A stretch of 59,301 nucleotides of DNA, the filler included, from Catajapyx aquilonaris (taxonomy: Eukaryota): the NCBI GenBank assembly GCA_000934665.2. It is 2 parts of 2 records of this genome, joined end to end, with 100 filler letters (N's around TTAATTAATTAA, not from the genome) between each part and the next. Parts side by side here need not be neighbours in the genome. Positions count along the whole stretch, not along the records: positions 29,706 to 59,301 come from JYFJ02004769.1; 1 more part is not named here. One strand, written 5' to 3'. Shown here one piece after another: positions 43,931 through 55,900 of the stretch. A program made the position numbers and the translations under genes. Under the pieces are notes generated by a model. The model saw nothing but the letters and a program-made list of their open reading frames with translations, was not told where the DNA came from and made no database searches. The first letter of the stretch is position 1; every line of letters starts with the position of its first letter.

Positions 43931-46900
43931 AACGAGAATTCCGATATGCTGTTCCCCACTTTCATGGTATGTACTCGTAAAACGAATGCTGCTTTCCGTG
44001 GTTTTATTGGAAAAATCAGACTTGTGACAAGCAGTCTAGACCAGTGGTTCCCAAGCTTTTTTGTTGCATGCCCCTTTTCAAATATGTCGAGACAGTTTGT
44101 ACCTCCACTCCGACCTGTTACCTGAAAATAGTCATTATTGTGGGCACGTATAAAGTGATGGGTGTGCTTTCTTTCTTTCATAATTTTTGGATAATATTGG
44201 GCACAAGAGTGGTGTCAATTTTTAAGCCTGAGGTCTTTCTCAGCTCCGAGTCGATGACGGTACTTTGTTTTCATGGACGTTGAAGGTGTGTTTACATGTG
44301 AGCGACTTGACAAGCAAAGTCACCAATATTGTTTGATGTGAAAGTAACAATCAATTTTTGCCTCCAACTATACTGGTTACTCAGGTTACTCAGCATTGTT
44401 ATCGCTCGGATATGACATTGCGGGATCAAATCGCTCACATGTAAACGCCTCTTAATTTTAAAAAAGCAATCCCCCACAGCTTCACATAATTAGGCAGTTA
44501 ATAATGGTATAAAGTACTTCAGAGCACTGGTTGCCAGGCCTGGATAGGCTCCCATTTTTCAGGCCAAAGTTCAGAAGGTTTTTTTCACATTTCAAACTTC
44601 CATTTGTAGAAATTTTTATGGCCTTTTCCTGATTTTGCACTGACATGTTTGGGAGGGGTAAAGAAATTTCAAACTCCTGATACAACTGATTTGCATGTCC
44701 ATCTATAATTTCTAAACTGCTGTGCCAATTGATTTATGTGCTCCAATATATTCTCTGACCTTGCACAGTGTTGGACATTAATCGAGGCATACTGCTAGCA
44801 ACATTTTCCGAAGCGGCAGAAGAAGGAATCGAAGATAAGGATACTGCAAGATTCCTTCGTCTGCCGCTTCGGAAAATGTCGCTAGCAGCATGCCTCGATT
44901 AATGTGCAACACTGTACATAACATTCCCAAAACTGGAATTTTTTTGATCATTCCTTCGATTTTGTTTTTCACATGAAATGTATTGGCGGTGATGTCTTGA
45001 AGCCCTTTGTTTCATTCATTGAGACTGGATTTTTTTTAAGGCCAAGTAGATCAGCCTCTGGAGCCTAAGTTTATTTTCAAATCCTTCACAACATTGCAAA
45101 GCGCAGTGGTAGAATTTAACCAGATATTACGAAAAGGACTTCACTCAAGACTTAACTATACTTTTTGGCATTTTCGAGTTAACACTGCCATGTTGCTTCT
45201 TGAGTTTCAATGTGCGTGCCAAAACAATGAAAATGGCATCAGCCAGAAAATGCTTCTGCATATAATATTCAATAAAATTAGGGGAGGCGGAGTGGTGCTG
45301 CGGTAACGTATGTGCCCATGGATGTTAAGGTCCCGGGTTCGATCCCAACCCGGGGACACCCCCTTCATCTCGTGCAGAGTTCAGAGTCACCTCTGGCTTC
45401 GTCTCGAATGGTATTTCCACAGACTAAACCACCCAGGGGAGTTCACTAAAAATGGCCACCACGTCAGATGCACTGCACTTGCACATCCCCTCCTGTCATC
45501 CTGCCCGTGGGCCCGGGCGCTTCTCAATGGCTCCAACTTGTACACTATGTACGATCAAATAATATAGGTCTGTGCCTAAGGTGCCGAAAGGTGAAGCACT
45601 ACCCCCACAATTATTATTAATTATTATATTATATATTCGATAAAATTATAGCAGAAAGAAAGATAGGAATGAATAGGACCATTTTTTGGGATTTTCTCAG
45701 AAGTTGGTTCATTCTTGTTGAATCAGAATAATAATAATAATAATTGTGGGGGTAGTACTTCACCTTTCAGCGTTCGGCACGGACCTTTATTATTTGATCG
45801 TACATAGTGTACAAGTTGGAGCCATTGAGAAGCGCCCGGGCCCACGGGCAGGATGACAGGAGGGGATGTGCAAGGTGCAGTGCATCTGACGCTGTGGCCA
45901 TTTTTAGTGAACTCCCCCGGGTGGTTTAGTCTGTGGAAATACCACCCGAGACGAAGCCAGAGGTGACCCTGAACTCTGCACGAGATGAAGGGGGTGTCCC
46001 CGGGTTGGGATCGAACCCGGGACCTTAACATCCGTGGGCGCATACGTTACCGCAGCACCACTCCGCCCCCCTGAATCAGAATATTATGGTTCCCACAAAT
46101 GTACAGACTGAACCCCATTGCACGATATCTTTCGCATACCCCCAAAATTGTATTCGAGTACTCCCAGGGATACGCCAGTTTGAAAACCACTGGTCTAGAC
46201 AGTTGCACGACAAATCTTGTGAAATAGAACGTGCTATTTGGTTTAAGTGCAGTTTAGCAGCAATATCACAGCTTGTTTCTTAAGATATGGCATTGAGATT
46301 AGTTGTACAGGTGACTAGTTTCACAAATTTGGCTTCAAGTGAGAGAGGTGGAAAATTGGAGATTACAGGACAGTTTTCGTGTGGCAGCAGAATCGAAGGA
46401 TTCCACCTCAATCCGGTTCAGTCGTTAGGAAGCGAGTCGGGAGCTGGCATTAAAGGAGATGCGACTGTTTATTTGAATGCACTTCCATGAAGATGAGGTT
46501 GCTATTCTCTTGCAATACTGGCCATGATCAGCTGCCACTAATTTTCCACCTCACGTGTAGAATTGGTGAAACAGCCTTTACAGCATCTTGAAAGCTCTAT
46601 TGATAGTTATGGTTGTGTCACATTATTATAGCAACTGTCACAGTGATACTGCAGCTTTGTGTCTGCTTCATAATTGTATTTTTCCATTGCTGCATCTTGT
46701 TACGGAAATGGTTGCATTTGCCTCGTGAAAGTGATTGGGTGGAACTTTCGTCTTTTCTGTTAGCAGTGACGTAGCAGTACTGATACTTAGCAGCTGCTAA
46801 GCTTACTGCTAAATATGGAATTTTCGTCATACTGCTGCTATCCTCTTTTTGTAAGCAGCTGTGAAAGGCCTGGATAGAAGAGGTGGCATGTCAGCACCTG

Positions 46901-49900
46901 TTGTCAAATGCACGACATATGACCGTATCTTGTGATTCCAAGACAAGTCTGGAGCCTCATGTAAAAACCATGTAACTCAAGATACTGGGTTTTTACTTGT
47001 AGGCCACAATTGGACGGGTCTTTTCAAGCTCTATCCACTGGTACAAACCACGTCTCTCTAACTTGTTTTCCTGCAAAGTTATTCAAGTTTTTCAAGTATG
47101 ATTTATGCGAGAACTAATGGCAGATCACGAACTTTGAGGTGCAATATCTCAAAATGGCCAAATCAGAGATACATGGTTTTTACATGAGGCTCCAGAAGTG
47201 TATTTTGGGCCATATTGGTTATGGCAAAGGTCAATGACCTTTCAGAGAAGAGGTTCAGAGAAGGGTAAATGGAGGGTTCCTGTCACATCGGCCATGTTTC
47301 CTGCCTTAGTAGTATGTTACAGAGACCTAGGGTGATTTCAAACATACTGCTTGTTAGCAGTAACTGTGCTTAGGAGTGATACAAAAATTCCACACCACTG
47401 ATAATTTATTGTGGACAGAGCTAGCAGTATGTTAGCAGTTAGACGAAAATTCCACCCATTCTTTATGTGGATTACAGAATGCTCAGAATGTTACGTATGT
47501 TGTATTCCTGCAAGCTGCAGCTTATTCCAATGTTGGCAATTCCTGCCTAAAAATGAACTTACTAGTGGAACTTTTTTTAAAAAGTAATCCTGGTAGCTGA
47601 TACTTGGTTGCCATTATGGAACAAATTTGAAACTCAACTTTGTACTAGTGGAGACATTTCTTTGAATTTCTCTCTTTCGCTTCCCCCTCCCACTGTCTCC
47701 CCCTCTCGCTTTTAAATTGGACATAGCCTTTGCCTCTTTTTACTGTGTTTAACAATGTATTTCTTCATGGTCAAATAAAATTACCTACTTTTGCTTGCAG
47801 AAATGTCCGCAATGTGAAGAGGTTGAGTGAGCGGGCTCTGAAGCAAGGTGGCAACAGCTCTTGGCATAACCAGTATAAGGATAGTGCTTGGGTTTTTGTT
47901 GGAGGACTGCCTTTTGGTCTGACAGAAGGAGATGTAATCTGTCTCTTTTCACAGTAAGTTGATAACAAAGAAGAGGGCCGTTTATTTTTTTGCAAAAAAT
48001 ACAAGGCCCATACAGGTAGGCAAATAGGCACACTCGCACACACTATCGACAGAGCGCTCTTGGAGCCAAATGCACAGGAGTCATGGGTGTGGCAACCTCT
48101 CCAGGTCCCCAGGGATTTTATCATGGATCTTGCTTAGTGCTTCCACACCCACTGTACTCCCCTGGCTTGGCCTCCAGTGACTTTGTTTGTTTGTTTGTTT
48201 GTAATACCCCGTGATAGGGCCAGGGGCTATCTTAGTGGAGGGGGGGGGGGGTTCCCAAGGGAAGGCACTCTTAAATATCAGTTTTCTCTTCGCCCTGGGC
48301 AGAGAAGGGAGTGCAATTCTGCCCGGACATGTCGGGTGAAAAGCGGAAAAAGACCCGACCAAGCGAAGGTGACTGGGACGGGGACGGGATTTGAATCCCG
48401 GACCTCCCACTTGGCTGGCCAGTAGAATAGCCACAAGACTACCATTCTCCCCGCCTCCAGTGACTTTCATCTGTTTGAATATAAATGGTGTAAATGAATT
48501 CAGGGGACAAACTTCTAGGGGTAATAGAGGGGACCAAGACAAACATATTTGACAGAGGAAACTGTGTCCTGAAACGCCATCTAGAGGGGGTTCATAGACA
48601 AGGAACGGGTGCACTCAGATGCGTCAGACGGGCGGCGTTAGCGAGCGGACCGTTTAGTTGCTAGGTGGTGAGCGAATTGTACACAACTTCGCAATTCACC
48701 ATAACCTGGCAACAACAGAGTTGTTGTTTATTATCTGCGCGCTATCTGGCATACTGACTTTAGTTGCTAGGTGGCTCTGTTGTTTCCGGGTTATGGCGAA
48801 TTGCGAAGGTGTGTACAATCCACGTGCCACCTAGCAACTAAACGGTCCGCTCACTAATGCCATCCGCCTGACACGTCTGAGCGCACCCGTTCCTTGTCTA
48901 TGAACCCCCTCTAGATGGCGTTTCCGGACACGGGTTCCTATGTCAAAAATTCTTGTATTGGTCCCCTCTGTTACCCCTACAAGTTTGTCCCCTGAATTCA
49001 TTTACACCCTGAATTTAAAACGTCCCTTCGCTGATGCCATTTCGAGAACATTGTTGACTATAAAGAGTTGTCCGGGAGTCGGTGCGCCGCACCACCAAAA
49101 AGTGGTTCCTGGAGGCCCTGGAGAGGTTGGCATACCCGTGGTGCCAGTGCATTCAGCTCCAGGAGGATTCTATCTATAATATGTGCCTATTTGCCGACCT
49201 GGATGGGCGCTGTGTCTGTGGCAAAAAAACCAATTGTAAATCATTTTGGTACTGCCCTCGTAGTTAGATTGCCTAAGTATTAATTTTGTTCATTGATTTT
49301 CTCAGGTACGGTGAAATTGTGAATGTGAACCTTGTCCGAGACAAAGGAACAGGAAAATCGAGGGGATTTGGCTTCGTGTGCTACGAAGATCAACGCAGCA
49401 CCATTCTAGCCGTGGATAACTTCAACGGGATAAAGGTTTGTTGTGCTCTTTCTTTTCGCATATTGTTTCCGTTAGCATACTGGTGGGTGTATTGGAACTG
49501 GAGAGCCATTCCATGCGTAACAATGTTCCCTACTGGACATAATAGCAGTCCATTAGAAAATTCAGAATCAACACCAGTGGTGAGCTAATGCACCGCTAAA
49601 GTCCTCACTAACTAGTGTCTTGGTCCTGAGCAGCGCCACACTAGTTGCTCTCATTCACAATTGCCTCCCGGCCTGCTTGGAGGAGCCCGCCAGGTTCAAG
49701 AAGTTCACTAGCACCTAGCGGTCACGGTGTTGCCGCGATGTCACACTCAGGTTTTCAGGCATCGTCTGTGCGATAAATGAGCTTTTAAATATTGATACAT
49801 GCCTTATTAGATTTTAGCACATTTTATAGGCCTAAAAACACATTTTAGATATGGACAATTAATAATGAAGGATTTACGGAAATTTTCGGAGCTGGGGAAA

Positions 49901-52900
49901 CAAATAAAGAGCGTCAGCCGCCTCTGTTTGGTTGCAGCACTTGCGTTGCAGACACGTTGTAGACAAGTCACATGAGACAAGTTAATAGCGTCATATCTAT
50001 TATCTGGTGGGATAATGGTAGGAAAGGGGGGTGAACGAGGTGTGATCCCGGTGTGAACCAAACACGCACCTTTAAATAACGCCTCTCCGCTGATGGTGCT
50101 CCGACCCTGTCTTTTTTGAAGTATATTATTTTTCTTTAATCAACGTCCATGAAGATAGCCACTGCCCTAATCAGAATACGAACAGTTTTCCTGCTCCGTA
50201 AATATGTATGCCAGGACCGTATTGCTCACATACGGCTATATTAGCAGAGCAGAGTCCAGCAGCCATTGCCTGCCCGGGGTTAGCACAATGCAAAAGAAGG
50301 GTCCCCCCCTTCTCTAAGTTTTGCCTTAGTGTACCGCTTTACCAGGATCGCGCTAGCCCTGATTTATGACCGCACTAGGCCTAAAGCGTGACTGTATGAG
50401 AATTTCCTTAGTGCACTGGGTCACGTGGTTTAAAGTACTGGACTAAACTCTTTCTGTTGACTCTGCATATGCCCCAATAACTTTGGGCTAAGGCACTCCC
50501 CATGGCACACTCAGGAAGACTCGTTCCATCTAGTGGTGAATAATGGAACTTCTACTTGCCCAACACCAGTGAAGTTCGCCTAGCACGAAAATCACCTGCA
50601 TGTCGATGTTACAAATACGAATTACTTGAGAATGAATCATGTTTTAATCGCACAACTTATATGCTAATGAGCCTCATGGAAGAGCAATGTTGGGGCGAGA
50701 TATCAATGCATTTGTCAGTGGAACAAGAAGAATAGAACAGTATTTATTTAGCACGCCAGGGGCAATGGAGTTCGCCCAGAGCGCTAAACGCGCCACAAAG
50801 TTCGCCCACTGTTAAATACAGACTTTTCCGGTTGTGCCAGATGAAAAAAAAAAAAAAAGTGCAGGTCTTTTTCCCTGCACCATAATGCTGTTACTCATTG
50901 CACTCGGTGTCTGAAAATAACAATCACAGTAGGTGGTAAGCCCATTCCTCCAGAGGTACACAAGGTGAAATGGAAGATCTCTGAAGAAGGAAAGTCTGCT
51001 TATGTGGTTGCTCAAAAAGGGCATATGCCATGCTCAATGGCTAGGGGCATCGCATGAAGTAACAAAACTACAAGAATCATTCAGAAAAACCTTATTATGG
51101 ACGTCATCAGGCAACAGCAGCAAGGAAAAACCGAGAGATGAGAAAAATGTGTCGCAATATCGGCGAAAGGAGCAGCGACCATCAATTTCAAAATGGTCAG
51201 ATGTGACCCAAAAGGTGGTCCACACAACAACCTGTCGACTTTGCATCCATGACATGAAGTTGAACTTTTATGTGCAACTTCTCAAAGACTAACGGGGAAT
51301 TCATGAAATCAGGGCCTGCCCTCTTGACAATAGGCCAAGAAGAAGCCACCCTTAAAGGCACTGGAACAGGAAAACGACTTGCTTGGGAGAAGGGATGGAA
51401 GCATTGGGCACATCAGATGTGGTATTAGTCATGTTTCACGATGAATTAGTCAGTACAGGGACATCCATAATCGAGTACTGCAAACAAAAGAAGAACCGTA
51501 TCATCCCAATGTCTCACTAGAACCGTCAAACATGCACACAGCATTATGGTGTGGGGATGCATGGGTAGTGTTGGCCTTGGAAACTTCCCCGGCATCAATG
51601 GCACCATCGATACAAGCATGTTTCAGGAGATTTTGAGAGACCATCCGCTGTGTGCACCCTCAACAGCAACCTTACATCCGAATATCAACGCAATATTTAA
51701 ACAGGACTTTGCATCTTACCAAAACAGCGGAAGCAAGTGGCTGGCAGACAAGGGGATTGACATTTTACGTAGCCATCGAGCAGCCTGGACCTCAATCCGA
51801 TTGAGACAGACTGGCAAATCATGAAGAAGGTACTTTAGAGGAATCATCTTTGCACCAAGGCATCAATTGTGGGCCAAACTATGGGAGGTTTGGGACACCA
51901 TCACTCCAGCCGAGTGCCAGAGCTCATTCAACACATGTTGTGTTGTGTGGAGGCCGTCATTGCTGCCCATGGCGATGCCACCTGCTTCTAGGCGAACTTT
52001 GTGGCGCGTGTAGCGCTCTGGGCGAACTCCATTTCCCTTGGCGCGCTAAATAAATACTATTCTATTCTTGTTCCACTGACAAATGCATTGATATCTCGCC
52101 CCAACATTGCTCTTCCATGAGGCTCATTAGCGTATAAGTTGTGCGATTAAAACATGATTCATTCTCAAGTAATTCGTATTTGTAATATCGACATGCAGGT
52201 GATTTTCGTCCTAGGCGAACTTCACTGGTGCTGGGCAAGTAGGACCACTTCTTCAGCAGGAAAAAGAAATAGTGTAAATCATTTACGAACGTGCCTCGTA
52301 CTCGGGCTAGTGCAGTAGTTGTCTAAATGTCAGGACCATGTGATTCTGATACTGATGGCTGGGCAAAGAGGTCACCTTGCCAGATCCTGTACATCCCATG
52401 CAGACTGAAATGAATGCATGTGTGGTAAAACCAAATGGAAGACGGGGTATTGAAGTTTGGCGAAATCCTAATTAGCACCAAGTTCTGCTTGTTTGTCAGC
52501 GTACTCTGCATTCATGAATGCCATCATGTTGCATTCCACTGTCTCTTGCTCTCTCCCGACATATTTTTGTGTGGTGCTTGGTAAAATGCCCATTATTGAC
52601 AACTTGTAGTCAAATGTCATGCTTGCAACCCACACCCTTGCAGTAAGGATAGATCCACCACATGTTTTTATCACATAGCCTGCACCATTTAAATACTGGT
52701 ACGAGCCATCGCTGTTCTGAGTACAGCACAAGTTTCTAAGGGGCTAGGACAGGGTTATTCAACTAGTATATGGCAAGGTCCAGGACACCCCTTCCCCCCC
52801 CCCCCCCCCCCTGCANCCCCCCCCCCCCCCCCCCCCTCCCCTGCAACCAACTTCACGAAATCTGGTGTGTGCAAAGTTATGACAATTTGCAAGCGGGATT

Positions 52901-55900
52901 CCAAATGGTCTTGTGACAGATAGCTTCGGAAATTATTTTTGATCCTGTCCTCTGCGTCAACTTTCCTCCTATTCTTCACGGGTGCCCCAAACTACCCTTT
53001 TGACTTACACCACATAAGAACTGATAACTTGGAAAACCAGCAACTATCTGCACCAAGACCAGAGGAGAAGCCCCATCGGGTAGAACCAAAATATGGGAAG
53101 AATTAGATATAAGGATATGCGGCTGATAGGGGAGGTACCGTGGCCGAGATGGTAACGTCTCAGCTTGCTGAGTGAAAGGTCCCAGGTTTGATCCCCGCCT
53201 GGGAGCTCCCTTTAGCCTGCGTCAGGAGGGTCTCTGACCCGCACCTTGGAGGTGTCTGGCAACCTAACCTCCTGGGGGGACTGCACATGGCCCAAACTTG
53301 TGACATTGCACCTACACCTGTGTCCCCTTCCCAAAAATCCCTATCTTTACCACACGTCCTTGTTTCGTCGCACCGGAGAGTGAAGAAAAAAAAAGTATTA
53401 CAAAACTGATGGTGGTGTGCCACCCCCCAAAAAGGCCCATGGAGGCCTATCACAGGGTAAAATACATAGAATATACAGGGTGTAAATGAATTCAGCCGAC
53501 AAACTTGTAGGGGTAATAGAGGGGACCAAGACAAACATATTTGACATAGGAAACCGTGTCCGGAAACGCCATCTAGAGGGGGTTCATAGACAAGGAACGG
53601 GTGCGCTCAGACACGTCAGGCGGGGGGGGGTTAGCGGTCAGACAGGTTAGTTGCTACGTGCAATTAGAAATACGGCAGCAATCAATTTATTTATTACGGC
53701 CGTATGGCGTGACGTCACGCTGTACGGCCGTAATAAATTACTGCCGTATTTCTAATTGTTTTATAAAACCGACCGGGGTAGTCGCCACCTACGATTTTTC
53801 CCCACCCCCTCGCGCTCGCTTGACCCGTGACTCTGATACACCCTGTATACAGCTGATAGTTTCCGTCCTTTCCCAGTAGTGGGCCAGTAAATTGATCCCA
53901 TATGGTAGCCTACCCCTTTCCTACGAACGACGGGGTGTCCGTTCAAGTAGGGGTCATTTCTTGGAAGTGAAAACATGTACAGAAAGGATCAGGGGCCTAT
54001 CTTAGGCAGGACATGTTGAAACATTTTTCCATGTGTGATATGACTGTAGTTGTATATCGTCGCAGTCAAATAAGGAGCCCGCCTGCTAATCGGGAGGTCC
54101 TGGGTTCGAATCCCGGGGCCAGCGACCCTGACGATAGTTTTCTGTGGTTTTCCATGGTCCCCTCCAGGACAATTACAGGGTCGTTTCCGTAAAAATAGCC
54201 CACAGCCGCTTCCTTCCTTCCCTATCCCTGGTCCCATCCAATGGTGGTAATCCACCCCCCAAAGGGAGCCAAAGGCTCTTGCACATGGTATGAAATAATA
54301 TCGTCGCAGTCCGGACAAAATTGCACTGCGGTCCGCCAGTTGAATTGCCCTGGGCTAGGATGTTAAAGTCTCGGTTAGCATTGAATTACTCTTAACTTTA
54401 GGCACTCAAAGTGGAACATTGTCTTTTTCCAGCAGGCTACTGTGTGTGTGTCTCTCTCTGCCTAGAAATCTTTGCTGTGGAATTACTGTACTTGTACATT
54501 GCAATATTACTTGTTAGTGATGGCAATGTCAAATTAGACTATTTCGCCATTGCCATCGATTTGAGCACTTGGTTTGTTCATTCCTTTCCCCAGTGGTCTG
54601 GAGGTAATAAATAGTGAAACTAATTAGGCTCTCATCGAACTTCAATACCCCATCTTCCATTTGGTTTTACCACATATGCATTCATTTCAGTATGCACGCG
54701 ATGAACAAATCGGATCTGACAATGTTACCTCTATCCCCAGCCATCAATATTGGGATCACAAGCTGTCAAGGGATTAACCACTCAACTGTAAAGTGTACAC
54801 TGGAGTACCAAATTCAAGGAGAACCAAGGAGCCCCAAAGAGTAAGGTACCTAAGGAGTACCTGGGAGTACCACTGCAGGTGTACACCGGAGTACCAAAGT
54901 GGTTAACCCCTTGCAATCGGTACACTTATGCCCAAATGAAATTACAGATCCGATAGCTTCAAATGGATTGTTAGGAGCCCTTTTAACGTGTGCTAACGAT
55001 CTGTTAGGAGCTATCGAATCGGTAATTTCGTTGGTGCAATCGGGCATTAGACAAGGTTCCACTGTACTAACCGAAGTATAGCTGTTTGCCACCTCCCTAA
55101 CAGAAAAGCAGTTGGGTGGGTGGACACTTTTGTCTCAGGGGCATGCACATATCCATCATCGTCTACGTCGTCAATGGTTGCTCCGTCGGCATTTCTCACC
55201 CCTTCATTTTTGACTTGTTTTGGGCCAAAGAATACATTGACTGCCGGTTGACTTACTGGTGAGAAACACCCTGTATAAAATGTCTTAATGGAGGGAAAAT
55301 GGAGTCACATTTTCATGTATACAGGATGTTCCAAGTACATTAGTACTTATAGGAAGTTTTGCTCCAAGCTGTAATTTTTTTTTTAGCTTGTTGTTCCCTG
55401 ATCCAGGTGCTCTGTTATACAGGGTGTTCCAAATTCGTGGACTCTTTTTTTTATAACTGATATCGCCAGATAGGATTAATTTTTTTGTAGCTTGTTGTGC
55501 TCATAACCACATGCCCCATACTATAGCAACTGCTATATTCGGCCCCCTCAGTGTAATGGGAAACCTGGATTGAGGCACAACACACTACAAAACAATAACT
55601 TCCATCGGCTGATATTAGTGATATTGTCATTGGTCTTCTAACTTGTAAGAGCCAATCAGAACGAGTGCCTATTGTTGGCCATGGCTGGCCAGATGAAGTG
55701 GAATTGTAGAATTCGAATTCGCTGTTTATTTTAAGAATGGGTTATAAGCATTTTGATTGCATATTACTGTGAAGGTTTACAAATGTATCATCTTCAATTA
55801 ATTTCCGTCTGTTAATTATCTCGGGCAGCCCTATGACACTCCTCGAATACGGTAGTGTAATAACTGTGTCCCATCATTCGCTAAGACGCCATCTTGTTCA

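Larger units (their letters stand above)
44042..46192 (-). mobile_element. Decayed hAT (Buster/Charlie) transposon in RBMX2 intron 1, carrying nested insertions
   Basis: TIRs CAGTGGTTCCCAAGC / GTTTGAAAACCACTG; perfect 8-bp TSD GTCTAGAC (44034-44041 and 46193-46200); minus-strand transposase relics (LNE*NKGLQDITANTFHVKNKIEGMIKK; QEKAIKISTNGSLK; LCEA..KIKRRL). Confidence 0.85.
52750..54352. mobile_element. hAT (Buster-type) element inflated by nested SINEs and MITEs
   Basis: TIRs CAGGGTTATTCAACT / AGTTGAATTGCCCTG; perfect 8-bp TSD GGCTAGGA (52742-52749 and 54353-54360). Confidence 0.85.
52339..54760. mobile_element. Old element with about 140-bp imperfect inverted repeats, split by a later hAT insertion
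   Basis: 52339-52476 is the reverse complement of 54620-54760 (core AACTTCAATACCCC.TCTTCCATTTGGTTTTACCACA.ATGCATTCATTTCAGT); the right end runs into TCAAGGGATTAA (piggyBac-like). Confidence 0.65.

Noticed and set aside
45281..45356. tRNA-like sequences with A and B boxes (also near 34.7, 35.8, 42.8, 46.0, 48.4, 53.1 and 54.1 kb)
   Set aside because: Acceptor and anticodon stems do not pair properly and each continues into a SINE body; not tRNA genes.
52795..52840. Long C runs (also G/C runs near 9830, 17270, 33010 and 48240) as G-quadruplex candidates
   Set aside because: Simple homopolymers, two containing an N, so low sequence quality and no specific evidence.
52323..54844. Two similar ORFs (..NFNTPSSIWFYH.CIHFS..) on opposite strands
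   Set aside because: A by-product of the 140-bp inverted repeat, not paralogous genes.
54800..54900. Short spaced GGAGTACC repeats superficially like a CRISPR array
   Set aside because: Units are about 8 bp and irregular with no unique spacers; eukaryotic context; internal MITE repeats.
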